Of a stretch of DNA of 32,000 nucleotides, positions 9,101-16,577 are shown in pieces (position 1 is the first letter of the stretch; every line of letters begins with the position of its first letter). The stretch comes from Desulfotalea psychrophila LSv54 (GTDB lineage Bacteria; Desulfobacterota; Desulfobulbia; Desulfobulbales; Desulfocapsaceae). The position numbers and the translations under genes were made by a program. The stretch is taken from positions 1,770,001 to 1,802,000 of the forward strand of contig NC_006138.1 in assembly GCF_000025945.1 (NCBI RefSeq), given 5' to 3'. The notes under the pieces are model-generated. The model was not told the DNA's origin and ran no database searches. It saw nothing but the letters and a program-made list of their open reading frames with translations.

Positions 9101-9804
9101 ATTCCATCGATCTCTACGATTCGGCCACTGTGTCCCTGCGGGTGGAGAGTACCAAGTATGAACTGGTGGGGGCGGAGCTCACCTTTGCCGAAGGTTTTGA
9201 TCCCAACGCCTATACCCTGCCCATTGTGGTCAATAATCGAATTGAGGATATGGCCCTGGTCAGTGATGCCGATATTACCGGCCGGGTCACCCTGGCCAAT
9301 GGTCTCTCCCATGCCTATCCGCAGGAAAATACTTTCGTTTCATCGGCCCTGATCTTTGGTGATCTGCAGGCGAGGCTCCATGGCCTCTTTGATCAGAAGA
9401 CCTGGACCAATGTCTGGAGCGATAGTCTCATTGGTGATGGCTGTATTGCCTCCTATAACGAGATTAACTTTCCAGCAGTGGTCACTAATGCCGGGGCCGT
9501 GGCTGAACGTTGGGCTCTGATTTTTGATAGCTCGGAGCATTTTAAAATAGTGGGCGAGAATTACGGAGTGGTGGGGGATGGCTACATCACCAAGGACTGT
9601 AATCCGGTAAACCCTGCCACCAATAAACCCTACTTTTTCTTTGACTATCGAGGGTTCGGGCAAGGTTGGGTGGCGGGTAATGTCCTTCGTTTTACTACCG
9701 AGGGAGCAAGTCCTCCCATCTGGGCCGTTCGTACCACCCTGCAGGGGCCTGCCACCGAACCAAACGATCAATTTACAATTCAAATACGAGGAGATGCAGA
9801 GTAA
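6193..9804 (+). CDS. Large tail tip / host-specificity-type structural protein with six tandem repeat modules
   Basis: 1203 aa, the largest tail ORF. It has six recurring tripartite modules (PG[ST][LV], D[DN]G[DN]G, G-x-[IV]-x-Y-x-x-G-x-[VL]) between 7111 and 8793. Confidence 0.6.
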   Translation: MAIQLENIKLMASQRLTDHDDGGGHMSGAEIVDGNVNNLYPDISRMDRVYGRVSLRKSFAFIDTNDTSVYSGAHAVVSVPAEDPNVSVCLFETGNPTDQRAAARDFIESYVTLGPRMSAWLWGDQPAGSRTIVLFASVKADLPDVGSVLSLFNNKDKSDEQQQYMRITNVKAEIRSFTIMVGDKEVTFERKIITLGIGNPLAHTFIGVEIHNNDAESTNVYTTMVSDAAKYYGVMLPKAPFAKGDISLPVKSIFTHLVPSAQGESPMVDLSPGEAGPVFGSGTGFSLSLPSQHFASGVQINVGRAIKPGTLTISRPSAVPALLEDNGDGIIMAGSQQWGTIDYGLGTVTFAGVSNHRASATLACVIGVAVPMLPNSAMVKVELASRGYNWTMILEPPPLPGTLKVDYRAQGKWFRLTDKGKGELVPETAGAGTGQINYTTGSVSLTCGALPDVGSAILYLWGNPIECIDIAGSTTVEIPELKHTLKKKPVKPGSLNLDWNTGIDPTDGATLIAKITDDGNGNLVGDGAGWIRYSTGELGWRATKLPADGENYEITYKQYPIREGSVSPTGSGLVSLTLPDGDIEPGSVAFAVPVTLGSFIHVYRVVDDGNGHLSAPGFSKKQSVSHATWPGSCSIGGFSGTINYLTGAVTLDLTTISGSETWKEPWYKKWTYTNSYFDLQYLLRYKDPQTVPVSWTGSSSLVTYSYRLTAASSSAGTETLPVPNYIIQLLPAAGYAIQPGSVAFRWQGALYIDRKGKLYRNPSTVTGVGALAGTIDYSTGSCACTVSGNGSPEVVIESLVACIGKQQSLSISFRTPGAPLRPGSINLVGSAVDGSPISLIADFDGRIGGAGGEGLVNYEQGIVTINFGEQVADSPAFAGQAWYDPADVKEGKVFKPMGAMAETINYGCVVYSYIPLDAELIGLDPVRLPTDGRVPIVRRGDVVVVHNAATETLTTSIAAGSSVTLAREPDSIDLYDSATVSLRVESTKYELVGAELTFAEGFDPNAYTLPIVVNNRIEDMALVSDADITGRVTLANGLSHAYPQENTFVSSALIFGDLQARLHGLFDQKTWTNVWSDSLIGDGCIASYNEINFPAVVTNAGAVAERWALIFDSSEHFKIVGENYGVVGDGYITKDCNPVNPATNKPYFFFDYRGFGQGWVAGNVLRFTTEGASPPIWAVRTTLQGPATEPNDQFTIQIRGDAE

Positions 9805-10775
9805 TGGGCGCACCAACAGTTTATAGATGGGATGATCCTAATGCACCGGTTTTGTGTGGTTTCCCGAATACTATATGTGATGTAATAAAAGCATGCTTGG
9901 TGGACGGTTATGGGACCGGTGATGATAGAAAAGAGAGCCCAGGTGGTTGGACAGTTTCACACGAACAGCTTTTGGCAGAAAATGGCTCTGAACACCCTGT
10001 TTCTCTCGCGCTCAATGCTGCCTCAACTAAAGGTAAAAGTTTTACGGTAAAGGTTGAGACTGAGGTTGGTCGAGGCGGTACAGGTAGTAAGCTCTACGCT
10101 TATATACAGGCAGGTTTGGTTGTATCTCCTACCAATGAATTGCTTGATAAATTTCCATCGAGCGCTGGGCGCATAGATGTGTCTTCTCGTAATGATAGTA
10201 CGCAACGTCCTTGGCTCCTTATCGCTGATGCCCACGCCTTCTACTTCTATGTTTGGACTAACTCTTCAAGTGGTGGGGTGCCAGCAGGCACAGCAACGTT
10301 TTATGGTTTTTTTGTTGGCCAACTCGTAGGCTGTTTTGATTCAGACCTGTTTGATATAGGTGTTGCCTTTACTCGACTATCAACCTCTTTTACATCTTCG
10401 CTAGGATTAGCCTATAAGAATAGTCACATAACTATGGCAAATAATAGAGAAGGCACAGGAGCAGCCACTAATAATATCCTTAGGATATCTGGTGGGCCTG
10501 CAGCACATGTAGGTGGTGGTTATTTAGGGCAGGGAGGGGCATCTCTTATTGATGGCGAAATGGCCTATATTAGTTCATTTTATTCTCAGGGAGTGGGTAG
10601 TGTGGTGCGTGCATTTATGCCTGGACTTTATGTTCCTGGACACCGAAATAATAAATCAAATCTTGGGCAGTTTACATTTGATGGCCTTCCTTATCTAGCC
10701 GTGAGCGGTTCTTCTTATTCTGGCTCTTATTGGTCAGCCGTATATATAGCATTGTCTGATTGGAGAACACCATGA
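9804..10775 (+). CDS. Tail fibre / receptor-binding protein candidate
   Basis: 323-aa ORF, TAATG-coupled to the large tail protein. Its GC is lower than in the flanking tail genes. The N-terminus (TVYRWDDPNAPVLCG...ACLVDGYG) resembles N-termini I recall from prophage tail-associated proteins, but I have no family name for it. Confidence 0.4.
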   Translation: MGAPTVYRWDDPNAPVLCGFPNTICDVIKACLVDGYGTGDDRKESPGGWTVSHEQLLAENGSEHPVSLALNAASTKGKSFTVKVETEVGRGGTGSKLYAYIQAGLVVSPTNELLDKFPSSAGRIDVSSRNDSTQRPWLLIADAHAFYFYVWTNSSSGGVPAGTATFYGFFVGQLVGCFDSDLFDIGVAFTRLSTSFTSSLGLAYKNSHITMANNREGTGAATNNILRISGGPAAHVGGGYLGQGGASLIDGEMAYISSFYSQGVGSVVRAFMPGLYVPGHRNNKSNLGQFTFDGLPYLAVSGSSYSGSYWSAVYIALSDWRTP

Positions 10776-11098
10776 TATCTAAGTGGTTTTTACGAATTCA
10801 AAATACAACGCCAATCTCTCGCCGACATAAACTTGCAGGCGTAGTAACAGTTGAAGGTGTGCCAGCCAGTCGGTTGGTGGTTGTATTTGACAGAGGGACG
10901 CTTACTAGGGTTAGTTCCGTTCAGTCGTCAAGAATTGATGGAAAGTGGGAGATATCTGGGCTGAAAGAATATCCTGAAAAATCTTTGATAGTCATCGCCA
11001 TAGATCCAACAGGAGGAACCCATAACGCTAAAATTGCTGATTTTGTCTCCCAGATAGGGCCACCGGCCCCTCCCGTTGAAGAGACGGTAACCGAGTAA
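10772..11098 (+). CDS. Small tail-module protein, function unknown
   Basis: The ATG at 10772 overlaps the upstream TGA (10773-10775), giving 108 aa. The track start at 10760 is a TTG and less likely. Confidence 0.5.
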   Translation: MISKWFLRIQNTTPISRRHKLAGVVTVEGVPASRLVVVFDRGTLTRVSSVQSSRIDGKWEISGLKEYPEKSLIVIAIDPTGGTHNAKIADFVSQIGPPAPPVEETVTE

Positions 11099-12990
11099 TG
11101 GCGATCGATTTTGATCTTATAGCGGGCTATGAGCCGCCAGCAGGGGATGAAATATCCTTTGCCTTTCCCTATGCGCCTCCGCTTGGAGATCATATCAACT
11201 TTGATCTTGAGGCAGGATACACGCCACCTGCAGGAGATAAGATCTATTTCGGTGGCGAGCCTACGGAACCGCCAGAGCCACAACCTGAGCCCATCCCCCT
11301 CAAACCCTATATGGGTAAGAACATTCCCTGGGGTGCTGGCCTCGCAAGGGATAGAAGATCCGGGGCTGGGTGGAGCAATCAGCGACGCTTCCTAAGCCGT
11401 TCCTTTGGGCTGGTTGCAGGCAAGAGCAGAGGGCAGGATATGGTTCAAGCTCTGCCCTGGGGCACAACCATTACTCGGGACAGATTGAAGGAGACCGGTT
11501 GGCAGATTCTCAGAGAGGTTTGCTGTGGGACAAGCTCCTTCTATATAGCTCTCTTTGGCAAAGATACCTGTCGATCGATGCCCTGGGATAGTTTGAAGCC
11601 CTTGAAGGTCATCTCTGCCTTGGCCTATCTGGCGCCACCGCCACAGGATCTCCGCTGTTCTTTGCTCTTTGCCGATGGCTTTACCAGGTTGGATGATGCC
11701 TTTGCTCTGCCCTATATTCCCATTCTGCCCGTAAAGGATGCATCTCATAGAACTCTGTGGGGCGATGCCTATTATGCCGCCGTCTGTGTCCAGGAGTATG
11801 AGCCACCTGCAAGTGACAGTATCTCCTTTGATTTGGACGAACCGATCTCTTTGGTGGGCGATGGAGATCACATCGATTTTGTTTTTGACAGCAATAGCTA
11901 TGACGAACGCTGTTCACAACGTGAGCCGTCCGGCTGGCGGGATGCCAATACCTTTGTCCCACCACCAACTCTGCCCACCGGCCTATCTCTGAGGACCTAT
12001 ATTATGATGAGTTCCGCCCAGCTCAATAGAAAACCGGATGATCTACCCATCCCGGTGAAGTCTCTTTCCCTCTCTCTCGACTGGGATTCGGTGCATTGGT
12101 CGCTTTCGGCCACCGTAATCGGTGGTGATGTCCGGACTCTCTCGCCCACCAAGGATGGTCCCATTGAGGTGGAGGCCATGATCAATGGCACAACCTGGGC
12201 CTGCGTGGTGGATGATTGGAGCCGTGATCAAAGTTTTGGTGCGGAGGGTCGTTCCATCCGGGGCAGATCTCGTTCGGCTATTTTGGGTACGCCCTGGGCA
12301 CCGCGTAAAACCGAGGTGGAGGATGGTGCCAGAACCGCCCTGCAGTTGATGGAGGCAGAGCTTGAAAACAGTGGATGGACCATCTCCAGTACCCTGGTGG
12401 ATTGGTTACTTCCCGCTGATACTCTGCAAAAGAGTGGGGCCACTGCCCTTGATACCATCAAACGAATTGCCACGGCTGCAGGTGGCTTTGTTCGTCCTGA
12501 TACCAAGAATAAAATTCTGCATATTCAGCCAAAGTATAAGGTCGCGCCCTGGAAGGCCAAGCGAAGTGATGCCGATATGGTTCTGCCTGCCTCCATGGTG
12601 GTGCGGGGCAATGCCGCATGGGATGGCCGAGAGGATGCGGACGCTGTCCATATAGTGGGTGGTATCTCTGTTGCAGCCACCCGTGCCGGCACAGCCGGTG
12701 GAACGATTGCCCCCGATGTGACTGAACCACTGATCACCGAGGTGGACGCGGCTCGTGCCAGGGCAATCCATGAGCTGGGCAGATGTGGGCGATGGCAGAA
12801 GCATAGTTTCAGCCTACCCGTTTTTGAGGATGCTGTGCCGGGGCTGATCCTGCCCGGTCAGATCATTGCCGTTGATGATGATACCACCTGGTTGGGCTTT
12901 ATCTCTTCGGTATCGATCAAGGCCGACTGGGGAAGTGCTGGGCTTGTGGTGCGTCAGGAGATAGCCGTTGAAGTTTACGTGGGGGATTAA
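11098..12990 (+). CDS. Tail tip / baseplate-hub-like structural protein (putative) with an N-terminal Y-x-P-P-x-G-D-x-I-x-F repeat
   Basis: 630-aa ORF, TAATG-coupled, and the last large gene of the tail module. See the repeat finding. Confidence 0.5.
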   Translation: MAIDFDLIAGYEPPAGDEISFAFPYAPPLGDHINFDLEAGYTPPAGDKIYFGGEPTEPPEPQPEPIPLKPYMGKNIPWGAGLARDRRSGAGWSNQRRFLSRSFGLVAGKSRGQDMVQALPWGTTITRDRLKETGWQILREVCCGTSSFYIALFGKDTCRSMPWDSLKPLKVISALAYLAPPPQDLRCSLLFADGFTRLDDAFALPYIPILPVKDASHRTLWGDAYYAAVCVQEYEPPASDSISFDLDEPISLVGDGDHIDFVFDSNSYDERCSQREPSGWRDANTFVPPPTLPTGLSLRTYIMMSSAQLNRKPDDLPIPVKSLSLSLDWDSVHWSLSATVIGGDVRTLSPTKDGPIEVEAMINGTTWACVVDDWSRDQSFGAEGRSIRGRSRSAILGTPWAPRKTEVEDGARTALQLMEAELENSGWTISSTLVDWLLPADTLQKSGATALDTIKRIATAAGGFVRPDTKNKILHIQPKYKVAPWKAKRSDADMVLPASMVVRGNAAWDGREDADAVHIVGGISVAATRAGTAGGTIAPDVTEPLITEVDAARARAIHELGRCGRWQKHSFSLPVFEDAVPGLILPGQIIAVDDDTTWLGFISSVSIKADWGSAGLVVRQEIAVEVYVGD

Positions 12991-13096
12991 GTTTTATTTG
13001 ATGACTTAAGGACATTGTTTGAAGGATGGGGGCATCGCTCCAGCGATGTCATTGCTATGGAGTTGTATTAGCGTTGTTATGCGGGTGTGCGGAAAT

Positions 13097-13324
13097 ATGG
13101 CAACAAATTTATGGGAACAGTTCAAGGGCATCCTGCCCGATACCCCTCGGATCTATTGCACCATCGACCAACCTCTGACGGGTGGCAGGTGCCGGGTAAC
13201 CACAACGGGTGGTGGCTCCATGGTGGTACTGGGAGCAGGGCAGGCAGGGGCAAAGGTATGGGTGCAGGATGGCCGGATCATCGGCGAAGCACCCATGCTT
13301 CAACATTATGATATCGAGGTATAG
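13097..13324 (+). CDS. Small phage protein, function unknown; start uncertain (13019 TTG, 13079 ATG or 13097 ATG)
   Basis: ORF in the gap between the tail and lysis genes. No strong SD precedes any candidate start. Confidence 0.35.
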   Translation: MATNLWEQFKGILPDTPRIYCTIDQPLTGGRCRVTTTGGGSMVVLGAGQAGAKVWVQDGRIIGEAPMLQHYDIEV

Positions 13325-13333
13325 GAGGAAGCT

Positions 13334-13672
13334 GTGAGAGATGAACGATTGCAAAAGATGGTTTTGATAAGTTTGGTCTGCCTGTTATTGGTGGCTTTGG
13401 TTGCGCCCTATCAGTTGCCACTTGTAGGCTATAAGCTTGGTCTGGTCTGTCTGGGAGCCTGTACCTTTTTCTGGTTGGATCGGATTGCCTTTCCCTATTC
13501 CCGCCCTGGTTCCTATCTGCTCAAACCATGGCAGGAGGTGGGAGATTTTATTGAAGGTCAGGCTGATTATAAAATCGCCTATGGTTATGAAATGGTCTTT
13601 GCCCTGGTCTGCTGCAGGCGGGCTTTTATGATGAGTATTGGGGGATCTCTGGGCCTTGCCCTGGGACTGTAG
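13334..13672 (+). CDS. Holin candidate (small membrane protein with about 3 hydrophobic helices)
   Basis: The GTG start lies 5 nt after AGGAGG (13323-13328). It encodes 112 aa with hydrophobic stretches LISLVCLLLVALVAP, LGLVCLGACTFFWL and FALVCC...IGGSLGLALGL, and sits immediately upstream of the endolysin. Confidence 0.6.
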   Translation: MRDERLQKMVLISLVCLLLVALVAPYQLPLVGYKLGLVCLGACTFFWLDRIAFPYSRPGSYLLKPWQEVGDFIEGQADYKIAYGYEMVFALVCCRRAFMMSIGGSLGLALGL

Positions 13673-13675
13673 GTT

Positions 13676-14302
13676 ATGAGAGGTTTTATCGTTCTGGTCA
13701 CAGCTTTTCTTGTCTTTTTTTATCCTTTTTCGGGTGTGGTTTTGGCCTCAGTAAAACAACCACCACAGAAGGCAAGGCACTATAAGCGTATCTATATAAG
13801 GACAGCTCATGCCTATTGGGGCTTAGATGCCCCTGTTGCAGATCTTGCCGGGCAGATCCACGCAGAATCGCGTTGGCAGAGTGACGCTACATCATGGGCA
13901 GGTGCCGAAGGTCTAAGCCAGTTTATGCCAGCCACGGCAACCTGGTGGGCTAAGAAGGCCAAGCTTTCGGCTCCTGCACCCACCAAACCCCTATGGGCCA
14001 TGCGTGCCCAGGTCTCCTATATGAAATGGCTCTTTGTCCGTGCTCAAGCTGATACGCCATTCAATAAATTGGGTCTTGCCCAAAAGGCATATAACGGCGG
14101 GGAGACCTGGGTGAGACGTGATCAGAAGCTTGCCCTGGGAAAAGGTCTTGATCCGAAGAGTTGGCGGGATGTTAACCTGGTAAACGCCGGTCGTAGTGCC
14201 AGTGCATGGCGAGAGAACAGAGAATACCCGGAGCGGATCTTCTATAAATTTTCACCTCTCTATAAAAAAGATGGGTGGGGGAGGAGCTTATGTGGTCCAT
14301 AG
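13676..14302 (+). CDS. Endolysin, SLT-family lytic transglycosylase with an N-terminal signal or signal-anchor sequence
   Basis: SLT motifs are present: HAESRW (catalytic Glu-Ser), GLSQFMPATA and AYNGG. The N-terminus MRGFIVLVTAFLVFFYPFSGVVLASV is hydrophobic. Confidence 0.85.
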   Translation: MRGFIVLVTAFLVFFYPFSGVVLASVKQPPQKARHYKRIYIRTAHAYWGLDAPVADLAGQIHAESRWQSDATSWAGAEGLSQFMPATATWWAKKAKLSAPAPTKPLWAMRAQVSYMKWLFVRAQADTPFNKLGLAQKAYNGGETWVRRDQKLALGKGLDPKSWRDVNLVNAGRSASAWRENREYPERIFYKFSPLYKKDGWGRSLCGP

Positions 14303-14721
14303 CATGGTCGTTTATCAGCAGTTTTTTTGCCTCGAAGAAGATGCTTTTGGTGGTGGTGGGGGTGTTACTCTGTGGTGCTTTTGTCCTCGTTTGGCATGAC
14401 TACCAGGGGGCCAAGGAGGATGTTGTTCACTATCGGGATCTCTATCAGAGGGTTTTGCAGGAGAAGGAGTCCCTTTTGGCCATTAGTAAGAAAAATCTGG
14501 CGCAACTGGGACAGCAGAAAAAATATTATGAGACTGAACTCAGGGCATCTGTACAAAGATCAGAGCAACGCCTGCAGGGTTTACAGGATCTTACCCGACA
14601 ACTAAGAAGCCTACAAAAGATACGGAGGCCAGAACGTGAAAAAGATTGCCCTATTCATCCTGCTATTGTCTACACTTTTGACCTCCTGCGCGGGGAGACC
14701 AGGAGTAGTACAGCAAATTAA
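14290..14721 (+). CDS. i-spanin (Rz-like inner-membrane spanin subunit)
   Basis: The ATG at 14290 follows GGGGGAGGAG. It has an N-terminal TM segment (LLVVVGVLLCGAFVLVW) followed by a charged coiled-coil-like region, and its start overlaps the endolysin end. Confidence 0.7.
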   Translation: MWSIAWSFISSFFASKKMLLVVVGVLLCGAFVLVWHDYQGAKEDVVHYRDLYQRVLQEKESLLAISKKNLAQLGQQKKYYETELRASVQRSEQRLQGLQDLTRQLRSLQKIRRPEREKDCPIHPAIVYTFDLLRGETRSSTAN

Positions 14722-14902
14722 GGTAGAGAAAATAGCTCCGCCGGCCACCATGCTCTACTGTCTCGATGAACCTGTTCTGCCCGAGACGCTTACCGGTGCC
14801 AATGTAGGTGGCTATATTCTTGAGCTCTCTGCTGCCTACCGTGATTGCAAAAGAACCCTGGCTGAAGTTCAACAGTGGGCGGTGGAGGGCGAAGCACCAT
14901 GA
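14636..14902 (+). CDS. o-spanin (Rz1-like outer-membrane lipoprotein)
   Basis: The GTG start lies 7 nt after GGAGG (14624-28). Its signal peptide has lipobox L-T-S-C (Cys18). The start lies 86 nt inside the i-spanin gene in another frame (overlapped architecture). Confidence 0.75.
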   Translation: MKKIALFILLLSTLLTSCAGRPGVVQQIKVEKIAPPATMLYCLDEPVLPETLTGANVGGYILELSAAYRDCKRTLAEVQQWAVEGEAP

Positions 14903-15216
14903 TTGAGCTTGAATATGCTGCCCTAATCAACGCCGTGGTGGCTCTTTGCAGTGGCATGGCCCTGCTGGCTATCTGGCTCGTTGGTGCTACGATCTGGGTA
15001 ACTAGGATAAATATCCGGGTCAACGCCATGGGCGAACGCCAGCCGGTGGAGAAGATAGAGTGCGCCAAACAACAGGTCGATTGCCAGGCCCATATCGATA
15101 AAGAGCTCAGTCATGGTTCCAAACAGTTTGAAGAGATAAAGACCTCAATCAAAGACCTCGACACCAAACTTGAAATCCGCCACAACCTAATGATGGATCA
15201 TCTGCTAAAGGGCTAA
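14899..15216 (+). CDS. Membrane-anchored coiled-coil protein, function unknown; last gene of the late operon
   Basis: The ATG at 14899 overlaps the o-spanin TGA (ATGA). It encodes 105 aa with one N-terminal TM segment (AALINAVVALCSGMALLAIWLVGATIWV) and a charged C-terminal helix region. Confidence 0.55.
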   Translation: MIELEYAALINAVVALCSGMALLAIWLVGATIWVTRINIRVNAMGERQPVEKIECAKQQVDCQAHIDKELSHGSKQFEEIKTSIKDLDTKLEIRHNLMMDHLLKG

Positions 15217-15224
15217 TTATGAGG

Positions 15225-15812
15225 TTATAGGTCAAGGTTTTTAAAGCGGTAGGTCATCGATTGGATAGAGACATCAAAGATAGTTGCAAGCTTTTCTATT
15301 AAGCAACTATTTGTAATTGTGTCTTCCTCATCCCTGATGCGTTCGGCTTGTTTTTGTACAAGACTTCTTGGCATAAGAAGAATTGCCGCAAATTTGTTGG
15401 CCTCGAATTCTAAGGTGTTCCCGTATGATTTGCTTCTGCTTATGCTTTTTCCGGTGTCGACAAAAATTTTCTGATCCGGGCTAGGGAGGATATGTTTAAT
15501 GTAGTGTCCGATTTCGTGTGCTAGAGTGAAACGCTCTCTTGTTTTGTAAGTATGTTCGAGAGGATTGAGCCAGATGAGTGGTTGGCGGTTTTTGTAGGAA
15601 ATACACCCAACATCATAGAGGCTTATATTTTCATCTTCGCAAAAATCAGGATCTAGTGAGCGTGAAATTTTTATGCCAAGTATTGAGGCAATTTTTTCGA
15701 CGTCTATGGGGATAACGCGAGGAAGGTCATGTTCTTTAGAAAGAATGTTGAGGAGCTCTATCGGGCTTACGTCGGAGATTTTGTCTGTGAGATCTTCTAG
15801 AGATGCAGTCAT
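15225..15812 (-). CDS. ImmA/IrrE-family (COG2856, M78-like) zinc metallopeptidase
   Basis: An intact HEXXH motif (LAHEIGHYIKH, DNA about 15505-15519) with the downstream EFEANKFAAILLMP and a C-terminal FDVSIQSMTYRF helix region, all typical of the family. The ATG at 15812 lies 4 nt after the upstream stop with AAGG 9 nt upstream, giving 195 aa. The track start at 15845 would overlap the upstream gene. Confidence 0.85.
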   Translation of the reverse strand: MTASLEDLTDKISDVSPIELLNILSKEHDLPRVIPIDVEKIASILGIKISRSLDPDFCEDENISLYDVGCISYKNRQPLIWLNPLEHTYKTRERFTLAHEIGHYIKHILPSPDQKIFVDTGKSISRSKSYGNTLEFEANKFAAILLMPRSLVQKQAERIRDEEDTITNSCLIEKLATIFDVSIQSMTYRFKNLDL

Positions 15813-15816
15813 TGTC

Positions 15817-16536
15817 TTAAACCTTTTTGGAAATAGTCCAGTCATATTCAGGTTCTATCGAATCTTCTTCCGAAGGATTTTCGCATTTTAGCCTTGAGTC
15901 GACAGTCTCTTGTATCAGTATAGATACTAGCTCATCTTCTAGTAAAGCACTAATGAATACTGTTAAAGAGTCTCTGTCTTTTTTTATTTCATCCGGCAAA
16001 TTTTTGATTAAAGTTTCTATTTCTTCTTTTTTAGTAGTGGCAAACCATTTAGATAAATATATTCCCAGACCTGAAAGCAAGATAGTTATGATAATAAAAA
16101 TGAAGCTTACATATACTATATAAGTGTTAGCTGTGGCCAATACTGCGTCAGCTGTAGGAGGCTTGGCGGAGTGGATATAGACAATTTTGTTAAAGCAAGA
16201 GATAAGGAAACTGCCCAGTATCGCACCAAGTAGTCCGGTTACATAGACGCTCACCCAATATTCTTTTGTCTTTCTGAATTTTGAGATTGAAAGTTGGAGG
16301 TTGGTGAGAAGTTTAAAAAAATAACAAGTGCAAGCTAGAGTCACGATAATTTTAATAAAATCAAAAAAACTTATTTGCTTAAATTCAACTACCACGCTAG
16401 CAATAACGTTTGTTACGCTTGTGGCTAATGTTGCAGAAGTGCTTGTGTTGTAGAGCGTCCAATCAATAAATGCAAGGTTGAGCGCGCACATGCCAAGGAT
16501 GAGAAACGGTGATAGGATTTTTATTTTTTCAGCCAT
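15817..16536 (-). CDS. Multi-pass membrane protein (4-5 hydrophobic helices) with an acidic C-terminal tail; no recognisable family
   Basis: 239 aa from the ATG at 16536; the track start at 16575 is a TTG upstream of the predicted transcription start. Hydrophobic segments include ILSPFLILGMCALNLAFI, FIKIIVTLACTCYFFKLL, YWVSVYVTGLLGAILGSFLISCF and YIVYVSFIFIIITILLSGLGIYL. The C-terminal ~75 aa are Glu/Asp-rich. Confidence 0.7.
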   Translation of the reverse strand: MAEKIKILSPFLILGMCALNLAFIDWTLYNTSTSATLATSVTNVIASVVVEFKQISFFDFIKIIVTLACTCYFFKLLTNLQLSISKFRKTKEYWVSVYVTGLLGAILGSFLISCFNKIVYIHSAKPPTADAVLATANTYIVYVSFIFIIITILLSGLGIYLSKWFATTKKEEIETLIKNLPDEIKKDRDSLTVFISALLEDELVSILIQETVDSRLKCENPSEEDSIEPEYDWTISKKV

Positions 16537-16577
16537 ACATGACCCAGAGTTTATTTTTAGTAAAAAATGATGCAAGC

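Noticed and set aside
9804-12990. A diversity-generating retroelement acting on the tail fibre genes
   Set aside because: No reverse transcriptase ORF occurs anywhere in the window, and no template/variable repeat pair was noticed. The only repeats are the short in-frame peptide motifs reported above.
15673-16123. Two + strand ORFs (72 and 98 aa) inside the AT-rich cassette, considered as the possibly missing XRE/HTH partner of the ImmA protease
   Set aside because: Both are antisense to the cassette genes, Ser/Ile-rich and low-complexity. Neither has a helix-turn-helix-like segment or a start context. They are an artefact of AT-rich DNA.
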